Origin: a virus
Length of the DNA: 64,000 nucleotides
Reading direction: 5' to 3' (one strand)
Virus record (IMG/VR): IMGVR_UViG_3300022602_000029
Coordinates: 32,001-96,000 of that record
Shown here in pieces: positions 29,784-39,025 of this stretch. The notes under the pieces were generated by a model. The model was not told the DNA's origin and searched no databases. It saw nothing but the letters and a program-made list of their open reading frames with translations. Made by a program: the position numbers and the translations under genes. The stretch's first letter is position 1. The number at the start of each line of letters is the position of its first letter.

Positions 29784-32700
29784 ATGACCATAGCATTTAA
29801 TCTAGCCACGCTGTTAACATCAACCACTAGCCTTTCAGTAGGAACGAGCACACTAGCACAGTGCGCGATTAATCTAGCAGGCGGCATGGCCTATGGACTA
29901 CACTATCAAATAGCACCAAATACCAGCGGATTCCTTTCGCCCCCAGCACAGGGTGCTTATTTGTATTCAAACGGCGGACAGCTCGGTTGGGTTCAAGGAA
30001 CATCTAGTACCATAGTAGGAGGCACTACTGGAGCCTTATTATATCAGGCCGCACCAGGCACGACCAGTTTTATAGGAATAGGATCTGCAGGCACAGTGCT
30101 ACAAAGCAATGGCACCACAGCTACATGGGTAACTACCGCATCATTGGGAATAAGCGGCGGTGGTGGAGGTGGTAGTGTCAGCCTAAACGCCTACTGTAGT
30201 TATTATATTACCAGCCCTACTATTAGTAGTAGCGGCGTCAACAACATAGCTATCGGTTGTTGTACCTTAAGCGCAAACTCCTGTGGGTCGGATAACTTCG
30301 CCATGGGGTATGGCGCACTTAGATCAAATACCTGTGGTTCAAATAATATAGCTATAGGACATAGCACCTTATTCAGTAATACCACTGGATGTGGTAACTT
30401 CGCCGCTGGTCGTGTAGCTTTATACAGGAACCTAACTGGAAACTATAACACTGCTTTTGGCTACGGCGCAATGTGTTCAAACACAGGCGGTATCAATAAC
30501 CTTGCCATCGGACAGTTTGCTATGGCTAGCAACACGATAGGTAGTAACAACCTTGCCATAGGACAGAGCGCACTAGCTTGTAATACTACCGGATGTTATA
30601 ACTTTGCCGTTGGTTGCCAAGCACTTCAAGCAAATACAACAGGTAATAGTAACTTTGCCGTTGGCGGATTCGGACCGTTAGTTAATAATACATCTGGTAG
30701 CAATAACATTGCTGTAGGTTACGGAGTATTGAGGTCCAATACCACCGGTAGCAATAACATCGCTCTAGGTTATAAATCATTATATGGTAACATCTTTGGC
30801 TGTAACAACATCGCTCTAGGTTACCAAAGCCTTAAGTGCAACACCTGTGGCTACTCGAACATCGCGGTAGGATATGGCAGTCTCTTCTGCAATACCACTG
30901 GCAGCTTGAACACCGCAGTAGGAACCTTCAGCCTCTGCGCCAACACCACCGGAATCAACAACACCGCAGTGGGCGCTAAGAGCCTATACTACAACACCAC
31001 CGGAGTTTACAACACCGCAATAGGCTATGGCAGTCTCTTCTGCAACACCACGGGTGCCTGCAACACCGTAGTAGGGTATGGTGCAGGATGCTGTATCACA
31101 ACAGGTATCGGTAATGTAATTTTAGGAAATTATGCTGGATCAGCCGCATTGGCATGTATATTCGTGGTACAGGCAGGCAACTGCGTGAGACTATGCGTCA
31201 ATAACAGCGGACTTTATGTAAACGGATCTGTTGTTGGTGGTGCTAGTCTAGGCACCTGCTGCCAGTTTCTAGTTATCAGTCCAACAAATAGCAGTAGTAC
31301 TGGCGCAAATAATATTGCTATTGGTTGCTGTTCTTTAAGTAATAATACTACCGGGTGTAACAATATAGCATTAGGTTATGGATCTCTTAAATGTAATACT
31401 ATCGGCATACTCAACACAGCTATAGGCTATAATACTCTCGCACTGAACACCACCGGCTGCAATAACACCGCGATAGGTGCCGGTAGCCTCTGCGCCAACA
31501 CCTCTGGCGTCAGCAACACCGCAGTAGGAGTCAACACTCTCATCTGTAACACTATCGGCATGTGTAACACCGCAGTAGGCTATGGCAGTCTCGCCTACAA
31601 TACCTCTGGCGGCTGTAACGTCGCATTAGGCTTCAGCAGCCTATACAATAATACTACCGGTGGTTACAACACAGCAGTGGGCGCTAGGAGCCTATACTGC
31701 AACATCTTCGGTCTGTATAACGTTGCAATAGGTTATAACAGCCTCTCCAACAACACTTGTGGTAATACAAACGTCGCCATAGGAATGTCTGCCCTCTACA
31801 ACAACACCACCGGCGTCTGTAACACCGCGATAGGCTATGGTAGCCTTTGTTTAAATAAGACCGGCTCTGCTAACGTCGCAGTGGGATATGGATCATTAGC
31901 TTATAACAGCAGTGGTACCTATAATACCGCAGTGGGTGTTATAGCCCTCAATAAAAATATCACCGGTTGCCTCAACGTCGCAATAGGTTATGGCAGCCTC
32001 AAATGCAACACTTCCGGCGGGTGTAATACTGCAGTAGGTGCTACTACCCTCCCTGCTAATACCACCGGAGTTTATAATGTCGCAGTAGGATATAACAATC
32101 TCCAGTCTAACACCATAGGCTCATGCAACATCTCCATAGGCGCAGCCAACTTACTTTACAATACTTCTGGCTGCGCAAATACAGCAATCGGCCAACTTTC
32201 TTTATATTGCAATAAAACCGGTTGCAATAACATCGCAATAGGCTATTGTACCCTCTATAACAATACCTATGGTAGCTATAATATCGCCATGGGCGGATGC
32301 TCCATGAAGAATAATATCAGTGGCATCAGCAACGTCGCAATAGGCTATGGTACTCTCGGATGCAACACTACTGGCAGCTGCAACACCGCAATAGGGTCAC
32401 GGAGCCTTTATGGCAATACTACAGGCGTTGGTAATACAGTAGTAGGCTATAATGCCAATGTATGTGGCCATGGCGGTAGCAACAACACCGCAGTAGGTAG
32501 CCTCAGCCTCTACTTCAACACCTATGGCAACTACAATGTCGCAGTAGGTACCAGCAGCCTCTCCTGTAACACCACGGGTGCCTGCAACGTCGCAGTGGGT
32601 GCCAGCAGCCTCTATTGCAATACCACTGGCTGCGCAAATACCGCAGTAGGAACCTACGGCCTCTACCTCAACACCACTGGCATCAGTAACACCGCACTAG

Positions 32701-33176
32701 GATATATTGCTGGATGCACAAATACCACCGGAGTTAATAACACGTTCTTAGGTAATGGTGCTGTAGGATTAGCCGCAACATGTAGTAATACCATTACGCT
32801 AGGTAATAGCTCGATCGCCACTATACGTGCACAGCAAACTAGCATAACAGCACTATCAGACTGCAGAGATAAGACTAATATCTGTGGACTACCGATTGGA
32901 TTAGAATTCGTTCGCGCACTACGTCCAGTTAAGTTCGATTGGAATATGAGGGACGGAGCCAAGGTAGGAATACCAGAAGCTGGATTTATCGCCCAGGAAC
33001 TAGATGAGGTCCAAAAGAAATTCACAGCTACTGATTACTTGAATTTGATCATCAGTAACGAAGATGGATCGAGGCTAGAAGCTACTCCGGGTAAACTTTT
33101 ACCAGTACTAGTACGTGCTATCCAAGAACTCAGTATCGAAGTGGATAGATTACGTAGCCTAGTAGAACCACAATAA
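29784..33176 (+). CDS. Tail fibre with Cys-rich 17-aa repeats and C-terminal peptidase S74 intramolecular chaperone
   Basis: Same architecture as 27407; SDCRDK...RPVKFDWNMRDG...GFIAQEL. Confidence 0.85.
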   Translation: MTIAFNLATLLTSTTSLSVGTSTLAQCAINLAGGMAYGLHYQIAPNTSGFLSPPAQGAYLYSNGGQLGWVQGTSSTIVGGTTGALLYQAAPGTTSFIGIGSAGTVLQSNGTTATWVTTASLGISGGGGGGSVSLNAYCSYYITSPTISSSGVNNIAIGCCTLSANSCGSDNFAMGYGALRSNTCGSNNIAIGHSTLFSNTTGCGNFAAGRVALYRNLTGNYNTAFGYGAMCSNTGGINNLAIGQFAMASNTIGSNNLAIGQSALACNTTGCYNFAVGCQALQANTTGNSNFAVGGFGPLVNNTSGSNNIAVGYGVLRSNTTGSNNIALGYKSLYGNIFGCNNIALGYQSLKCNTCGYSNIAVGYGSLFCNTTGSLNTAVGTFSLCANTTGINNTAVGAKSLYYNTTGVYNTAIGYGSLFCNTTGACNTVVGYGAGCCITTGIGNVILGNYAGSAALACIFVVQAGNCVRLCVNNSGLYVNGSVVGGASLGTCCQFLVISPTNSSSTGANNIAIGCCSLSNNTTGCNNIALGYGSLKCNTIGILNTAIGYNTLALNTTGCNNTAIGAGSLCANTSGVSNTAVGVNTLICNTIGMCNTAVGYGSLAYNTSGGCNVALGFSSLYNNTTGGYNTAVGARSLYCNIFGLYNVAIGYNSLSNNTCGNTNVAIGMSALYNNTTGVCNTAIGYGSLCLNKTGSANVAVGYGSLAYNSSGTYNTAVGVIALNKNITGCLNVAIGYGSLKCNTSGGCNTAVGATTLPANTTGVYNVAVGYNNLQSNTIGSCNISIGAANLLYNTSGCANTAIGQLSLYCNKTGCNNIAIGYCTLYNNTYGSYNIAMGGCSMKNNISGISNVAIGYGTLGCNTTGSCNTAIGSRSLYGNTTGVGNTVVGYNANVCGHGGSNNTAVGSLSLYFNTYGNYNVAVGTSSLSCNTTGACNVAVGASSLYCNTTGCANTAVGTYGLYLNTTGISNTALGYIAGCTNTTGVNNTFLGNGAVGLAATCSNTITLGNSSIATIRAQQTSITALSDCRDKTNICGLPIGLEFVRALRPVKFDWNMRDGAKVGIPEAGFIAQELDEVQKKFTATDYLNLIISNEDGSRLEATPGKLLPVLVRAIQELSIEVDRLRSLVEPQ
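31098..31333 (+). repeat. Inter-gene repeat, copy 2
   Basis: Identical blocks to 28337-28454 and 28517-28581. Confidence 0.9.
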
Positions 33177-33189
33177 ATCCGCCAGGCCA

Positions 33190-33218
33190 TTGACTTCTGA
33201 TAATTATCAGTATATATT
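33190..33218 (+). promoter_or_regulatory. Sigma70-like promoter TTGACT-N17-TATATT with 14-bp palindrome CTGATAATTATCAG in the spacer
   Basis: Boxes and palindrome (33197-33210) read directly; precedes the modification operon. Confidence 0.7.
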
Positions 33219-33240
33219 ACTGTATCAATCAGAGGATTCA

Positions 33241-34176
33241 ATGGCAAAAACAATAATCTACATCGATGGCGGCGCAGGCCGTGTTATCGCGGCAATACCC
33301 GCATTACTCAAATTCAACAGACTCAACCCAACCCTAGATTGGGCGCTGATCATACCCGCTTGGGACTATCTACTTTGGAGCATTCCGGAACTACAAGATC
33401 GTACCTATGGCGCAGACACCAAAGGCATCTGGGACAATGTGATCAAAGAAGCAGATCTAATCATGACTCCTGAGCCCTATAGGCTACCTGCTTACTTCCG
33501 CCAAGAGATCAGTCTAGTAGAAGGGTTTGATAGAGAGATCAATGGAACTACAGATCATAGTGATCTAGGTATTCCTAAGATGATATTCAGCAAGACTGAA
33601 GAAAAATGGGCAGTCAATACCATAGCTGATGTCAAACAGCAACAGCAGAAAGCCAAAACTATCGTGATACAACCATTCGGTAGAGGTGCTACCTTGGATC
33701 GCAATGATGTCATCGACAGCGCCAGCCGTAGCCTTAGCGCAGATGGCTATATCAGCCTGACTAAGAAACTGGCCGCTAGGTATAACATGATATTTTTCGG
33801 AGAGCAACAACTACAGATCACCACCGACAGTTACACAGTCAAGTTACCTCCACAGACTGACCTACGCATGTGGGCATCATTGATCAGCTATGCTGACTAT
33901 TTCGTAGGGGTAGATTCGGTGGGACAACATATGGCACGTGCAGTAGGTTGTCCAGGAACTGTTATATTTGGTAGCACGTTCCCTGTCAATACCAGCTATC
34001 CAGATTATTTCCAAATCATAGAGAAAGCAGGACAGAAAAAATACAGTCCGATACGTATCACTGGACTAGACAGCGTGTTAGCAGATCGTTATAATGATAC
34101 TATGATGGATTTTGATGAGAGTGAAATCACTAATATCTACAACATGATCGTAGCAGACATAGAGAAAACAAAATAA
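33241..34176 (+). CDS. Glycosyltransferase, GT9 (ADP-heptose:LPS heptosyltransferase)-like, GT-B fold
   Basis: LRMWASLISYADYFVGVDSVGQHMARAVGCPGTVIFGSTFP matches the GT9 C-terminal signature; SD GAGG supports ATG 33241. Confidence 0.75.
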   Translation: MAKTIIYIDGGAGRVIAAIPALLKFNRLNPTLDWALIIPAWDYLLWSIPELQDRTYGADTKGIWDNVIKEADLIMTPEPYRLPAYFRQEISLVEGFDREINGTTDHSDLGIPKMIFSKTEEKWAVNTIADVKQQQQKAKTIVIQPFGRGATLDRNDVIDSASRSLSADGYISLTKKLAARYNMIFFGEQQLQITTDSYTVKLPPQTDLRMWASLISYADYFVGVDSVGQHMARAVGCPGTVIFGSTFPVNTSYPDYFQIIEKAGQKKYSPIRITGLDSVLADRYNDTMMDFDESEITNIYNMIVADIEKTK

Positions 34177-35870
34177 TGTATAATATACTAGCGATTAATC
34201 CTGGACATAATGGGTCAGCGGCATTGGTATCGGATGGCAAGGTAGTATTCTACGCAGAAGAAGAACGTCTAAGCCGTATGAAATATGACGGCAATCCTTT
34301 CCGTGCTATGTTGACTGTGTTAGAAAGCACACATGTAGATGAACTAGTGATCGGCGGAACCAGCCCCGACCTAGTCAAACTACCTTGGACCTATGAAGAT
34401 GCTTATACAGCACTGGTCCGCAAGTTTAATCCCAAGGTAAAAGTAACTAATCTTGGACATCAGCATCATCTTGGACATGCCGCAGGCGCTTTTTATAATA
34501 GTGGATTCACTACTGCTGTAGCAGTGATAGCCGATGGTGCCGGTAGTGTACACAGCGCCAAGATGGGCGACGCAGAAGATAGTCCTGTTACCAGTGGATT
34601 TGAAACAGAAAGCATCTACAAGTGCAGTTATCCCAATGGGTTTGATACCGTGTATAAACGCTATGCTGACGGTAGTGCTAGATATTTTGACAACGGAGTA
34701 CAGGAGTTTGATAATTCTGTCACTATCACTAAAGCCTATGAAGCTGTCAGTAACTATCTAGGATTTGGTTTTATCGAAGCTGGTAAGACCATGGGACTAG
34801 CACCCTACGGAAAGTATGACTCTAACATACCTAATTTCTTTGTAGAAGGTAAAGGCAACAAAAATCTATTGCAACCTATGTATCCGGCCGGTGCTCTAAT
34901 AGATGAAAATAGATTTACATACTTGCGCAGGACCCAAGATCCATCTGTATGGCATCATGATTTCAGTAAGGTCCGTGATATAGACAAGAATCTAGCCTGG
35001 CACATACAGCAAGAATCGCAGGAACAACTGGGCGATATCATCGAGTTAGCTGTACAGAAGACAGGAGAAAAGAATGTGGTTATCGCAGGAGGCTATGGAC
35101 TTAACTGTGTAGCCAACTACTATTACCTAGAAAGATTTCCCGAGCTTAATATCTATGTAGATCCCATAGCACACGATGGTGGAACAGCACTAGGTCTGGC
35201 GCTTTTAGCATGGCATCTACATAGCAACAGCACTATTCCTAATCCTCTTACTACCTTATATCTAGGCCTAGAGCCGTCATATGATGATCTCAAAGCGATA
35301 CATAGTAAAAACCTTAAGGTCGTGGATGATGTCACACCTGATGATATCGCACAGTTATTGGTCGATCAAAATATCGTGGCCATGTTTAGGGGAAGTGCCG
35401 AAGCAGGCCCTAGAGCATTAGGTAATAGAAGTATCTTATTTGATCCTCGCGGTGCTAATGGTAAAGATTTTGTAAACAAGGTCAAGGGTCGTGAATGGTT
35501 CAGACCATTCGCTGGAAGTGTATTGGAAGAATATGCGCACGAATGGTTTGAGATGAGAGGCTTGAAATCTAGCCCATTTATGATGTATGCCATCAATGTA
35601 TTACCTAGTAAACTAGGAGAGATTCCTGCTGTAACTCACGTAGATGGAACATGCCGTGTACAAACAGTAAGTAAGGGTGACAATATAGACTACTATAATC
35701 TGATTAACTCGTTTTATAAGATGACCGGAGTTCCTATGTTGTTTAATACCAGTTTTAATCTAGCCGGTGATCCTTTGGTTGAAACACTAGAAGATGCCAT
35801 TGACACGCTGGCAAGATCGGATATAAAATATCTATATCTATCAGAAGTAGGAAAGCTAATAATAAAATAA
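34176..35870 (+). CDS. Carbamoyltransferase (NodU/CmcH family)
   Basis: EEERLSRxK, HHLGHA, DGAG, GKTMGLAPYG, AGGYGLNCVAN, DGGTALG, EAGPRALGNRSIL, KGREWFRPFA, HVDGTCRVQTV, NTSFN. Confidence 0.95.
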   Translation: MYNILAINPGHNGSAALVSDGKVVFYAEEERLSRMKYDGNPFRAMLTVLESTHVDELVIGGTSPDLVKLPWTYEDAYTALVRKFNPKVKVTNLGHQHHLGHAAGAFYNSGFTTAVAVIADGAGSVHSAKMGDAEDSPVTSGFETESIYKCSYPNGFDTVYKRYADGSARYFDNGVQEFDNSVTITKAYEAVSNYLGFGFIEAGKTMGLAPYGKYDSNIPNFFVEGKGNKNLLQPMYPAGALIDENRFTYLRRTQDPSVWHHDFSKVRDIDKNLAWHIQQESQEQLGDIIELAVQKTGEKNVVIAGGYGLNCVANYYYLERFPELNIYVDPIAHDGGTALGLALLAWHLHSNSTIPNPLTTLYLGLEPSYDDLKAIHSKNLKVVDDVTPDDIAQLLVDQNIVAMFRGSAEAGPRALGNRSILFDPRGANGKDFVNKVKGREWFRPFAGSVLEEYAHEWFEMRGLKSSPFMMYAINVLPSKLGEIPAVTHVDGTCRVQTVSKGDNIDYYNLINSFYKMTGVPMLFNTSFNLAGDPLVETLEDAIDTLARSDIKYLYLSEVGKLIIK

Positions 35871-36686
35871 ATGCAAAAATATCATTTTATATCAGGATTA
35901 CCGCGTAGTGGATCTACGTTATTAACATCAATCCTAAAACAAAATCCTAGATTTACCGCACAGATAAGTGATCCATTGCATGATTATGCCAGGAACATAT
36001 TAACCACTACACACGCCAGCGTAGGTATGGAGTCTGCGGTACCTATAGAAAAACGCCAAAGGTTGATCAAAGGTCTTTTTAAGGCATTTTACGAAGATGG
36101 TAATGAAGTATGTTTTAATACTAATCGTGCCTGGACTTCGCAGACTCCACTGGTAAGAGATCTATTCCCCGGTAGCAAGATCATCATCTGTATAAGGGAT
36201 GTGCCTTGGATATTGGACAGTTTTGAACAGCTCAATGCCAAGAATCCCTATACGATAAAAGCCTTATATCATCACCAAGATCTAGGCACGGTATATCATA
36301 GATCTCAATCTTTGATGGATCCAAACAACGGATATGTAGCAGGTCCTATTACCTGTCTAAAACAGGCCCTTTTCAGCAATGAAAAAGATATGTTGTGCGT
36401 AGTCGATTATGATGCGCTATCTAAAAGGCCACAAGAAACTATGGAAACGATATATGGTTTCTTAAACGAACCCTACTATGATCACGATTTTGATAATGTC
36501 GAAGATAGCTACGACGAGTTTGATGAAGCTACCAACATAAAGGGTCTACATACAGTTAGGAAAAAAGTAGAATATAAACAGAGAAAACCGATCATCCCAT
36601 CAGATCTATGGCAACAAAATGTTGGACAGAGTTTCTGGAAGTTTGATTTTGATCATATAAAGAGACAAATACTATGGATAGAATAA
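35871..36686 (+). CDS. Sulfotransferase (PAPS-dependent)
   Basis: ISGLPRSGSTLL 5'-PSB loop; IIICIRDVPWILDSF 3'-PB motif; VDYDAL..RPQETM. Confidence 0.85.
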   Translation: MQKYHFISGLPRSGSTLLTSILKQNPRFTAQISDPLHDYARNILTTTHASVGMESAVPIEKRQRLIKGLFKAFYEDGNEVCFNTNRAWTSQTPLVRDLFPGSKIIICIRDVPWILDSFEQLNAKNPYTIKALYHHQDLGTVYHRSQSLMDPNNGYVAGPITCLKQALFSNEKDMLCVVDYDALSKRPQETMETIYGFLNEPYYDHDFDNVEDSYDEFDEATNIKGLHTVRKKVEYKQRKPIIPSDLWQQNVGQSFWKFDFDHIKRQILWIE

Positions 36687-37462
36687 GCAGAAAATTTAAC
36701 AAACAACTACAGGAACCTCAAGCACCCCAGAATCAACCTCGGCGGGTATTGATAGGAACTCCATGTTATGACGGTCGTATCGAAGTGTGGTATGCCAACA
36801 GCCTCATCCAGACTATACGCATGGGACTACAACTAGGTATAGAGATCATGCCTATATGGTTAAGTTATGATGCCCTGATACAGCGTGCTAGGAACGATCT
36901 CATGGGCATAATGATAGAAAGTGGATTTGATGATATAGTGTTTATCGACAGTGATATAGATTGGGTACCTGAGGAATTTTTTAAGTTGTTGAACCATCCG
37001 GTAGATGTAGTCGGTGGAACATATCGTAAAAAAGGTGATCTAGAACAATATGTGGCCAAGATATTAGATACCAAGAGATCGAGAGATCCTAGCAATGGTT
37101 TAATACATGCAGAAGGATTAGGTACAGGATTCTTACGTATGTCCAAGGCTGCCGTACAGTATCTATGGGATAACAGCACGCCTTACGAAGAAAAAGATCA
37201 AGGAAAAGTGCGTCGTTGGATATTTGATGTAGAGATTAAAAACGGCGAGATTTTTAGCGAAGATATACTAGTATGCCAGAAACTAAACGACGGTGGCATA
37301 CCGGTTTGGTTAGACCCAACTATAACCTGCGGGCATATAGGAACCAAGAGATTTGCTGGAAACTTTGAAGCTTGGTACGACAATATGCAGAAAGGACAAA
37401 ATATGTCTCCGACTGGATATGGCGGAGCAACACCGCCCGATATTAAATCATTATACGAGTAA
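36674..37462 (+). CDS. Glycosyltransferase, GT-A fold (GT2-like)
   Basis: VLIGTPCYDG, ALIQRARN, DXD motif FIDSDI, GTGF, SED...G..VWLDP....GH. Confidence 0.75.
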   Translation: MDRISRKFNKQLQEPQAPQNQPRRVLIGTPCYDGRIEVWYANSLIQTIRMGLQLGIEIMPIWLSYDALIQRARNDLMGIMIESGFDDIVFIDSDIDWVPEEFFKLLNHPVDVVGGTYRKKGDLEQYVAKILDTKRSRDPSNGLIHAEGLGTGFLRMSKAAVQYLWDNSTPYEEKDQGKVRRWIFDVEIKNGEIFSEDILVCQKLNDGGIPVWLDPTITCGHIGTKRFAGNFEAWYDNMQKGQNMSPTGYGGATPPDIKSLYE

Positions 37463-37466
37463 TCAC

Positions 37467-38117
37467 ATGGGACGTTTTAGTGTAGAAAAAAGCATAGTTA
37501 CCAACGCACCGATAGCAGAACAACAGGGGGTAGGCGTCTATACTCCTCTACAGATGCCTACAACCTTTGACAAATACACTATCGCATTAGATAGAGACGG
37601 TGTCATGGTAGAATGCGGAGATGCTATCACAGGTCCAGACACATTCAACCCTATAGATGGATCATTTAGAGCAGTAGCTTTGATACGCAGTAAAGGACAC
37701 AAGATAGTAATATTGTTTGATCAACCAGGAGTCGTGCAGAAAAAAGTAACGATAGAACAGGTCGAAGATTGTAATAGACACATGCTACAGCTATTAGGAC
37801 AGGCAGGCTGCACTAGTATTGACGGTATATGGTATAACACCAGTAGTCGTAAAGAAGATGTTTATGCTAAACCTAATACTGGTTTATTCAAACATGCTGA
37901 GTCTAATAGTCCGGGGGTAAAGATCTCCGGGGGAGTATATGTCGGAGATAGTATCGAAGATCTAGTCATGGCAGACAAAGCCGGCGCTACTCCTGTACTA
38001 GTGTTAACCGGTAAAGGTCAGAAGACCGCTGAAAAACTCAAAAATCCTATCTATAGATTATTACAACCAAAAGTAAAAATCTATGATAATCTTATGAAGT
38101 TTGCGGAGGCACTATGA
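37467..38117 (+). CDS. HAD phosphatase, GmhB/HisB-N (heptose-1,7-bisphosphate phosphatase)-like
   Basis: IALDRDGV (HAD motif I), AKPNTGL, YVGDSIEDL..A..AG..PVLVLTGKG; ATG 37467 lies just after the upstream stop. Confidence 0.75.
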   Translation: MGRFSVEKSIVTNAPIAEQQGVGVYTPLQMPTTFDKYTIALDRDGVMVECGDAITGPDTFNPIDGSFRAVALIRSKGHKIVILFDQPGVVQKKVTIEQVEDCNRHMLQLLGQAGCTSIDGIWYNTSSRKEDVYAKPNTGLFKHAESNSPGVKISGGVYVGDSIEDLVMADKAGATPVLVLTGKGQKTAEKLKNPIYRLLQPKVKIYDNLMKFAEAL

Positions 38118-39025
38118 AACCATTAGGCGGAAGTGAGCTCATGTATTATACAGTTGATAAACTGTTGAAAACCGGCTACAAAGATAAAGTTAATCTAATC
38201 CTTAGTTTTTGCGATCCTCAATATATAGATCCTACTAAAAAAAATATATTATGGCAACAGTTAAACACTAACGAAGAAACTGTAGCTCTGATGGGAGATC
38301 CTAAGTTTGTAGAAAAAATAGATGCCTTCGTTTGGGTTAGCCATTGGCAATATGAAAAGTTCTTAAAAGAGTTCAAGATGCCTGCTTATAAATGTATGGT
38401 CATAAAAAATGCCAGCCAACCGTGCCAATGGATTCCTAGAGAACAAGGGAAGTTTAAGTTAGTATACACTTCAACTCCTTGGAGAGGGTTGGATATATTG
38501 ATCAAGGCATTTAAGCTGTTGAATCGTTCTGATGTAGAACTCGATGTATTTTCTAGTACTAAGATATATGGACCTAAGTTTGAAGAACAGACCAAAGGTC
38601 AATTTGATCACCTATGGGAAGAGTGCAGGAATACACCGGGCATCACATATCACGGCTATGCCACTAACGATATAGTGCGAGATACTGTTAAGAAAGCACA
38701 CATATTTGCCTATCCTAATACCTTTGAAGAAACAAGTTGTATAAGTGCAATCGAAGCATTGATCTCGGGATGTAAAGTAGTTACAACAGGACACGGTGCC
38801 TTACCTGAAACCTGCGGAGAATGGGCAGATTATATACCTTACGGACCTAATAGAGATATAATGGCAGAGAGATTCGCTCACGCTCTTAATAGGGCGATTA
38901 ACCAATATTGGACGACCAATACACAAGAGTTACTTAAGAGACAGAACGAATACTATAATGGTTTCTATTCTTGGAATACACGTATCTTAGAGTGGCAAGG
39001 TTTGATAGATAGATTATCAAAATGA
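38114..39025 (+). CDS. Glycosyltransferase, GT4 family (GT-B)
   Basis: PLGGSELM, YTSTPWRGLD, YPNTFEETSCISAIEALISGC (EX7E), GALPET. Confidence 0.85.
   Translation: MKPLGGSELMYYTVDKLLKTGYKDKVNLILSFCDPQYIDPTKKNILWQQLNTNEETVALMGDPKFVEKIDAFVWVSHWQYEKFLKEFKMPAYKCMVIKNASQPCQWIPREQGKFKLVYTSTPWRGLDILIKAFKLLNRSDVELDVFSSTKIYGPKFEEQTKGQFDHLWEECRNTPGITYHGYATNDIVRDTVKKAHIFAYPNTFEETSCISAIEALISGCKVVTTGHGALPETCGEWADYIPYGPNRDIMAERFAHALNRAINQYWTTNTQELLKRQNEYYNGFYSWNTRILEWQGLIDRLSK

Noticed and set aside
16023-32760. Diversity-generating retroelement (AAC-rich repeats, NNC variable codons, paired near-identical segments)
   Set aside because: No reverse transcriptase or non-coding template repeat is in the window. 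Differences between paired copies are not confined to adenines. Asp (GAC), expected from AAC mutagenesis, is nearly absent.
2-33176. Reassignment of TGY codons as an explanation for Cys richness
   Set aside because: TGY encodes expected Cys in conserved motifs elsewhere (HNH CxxC, carbamoyltransferase LNCVAN, gp32 CMEM/CP), and enrichment is restricted to fibre genes.
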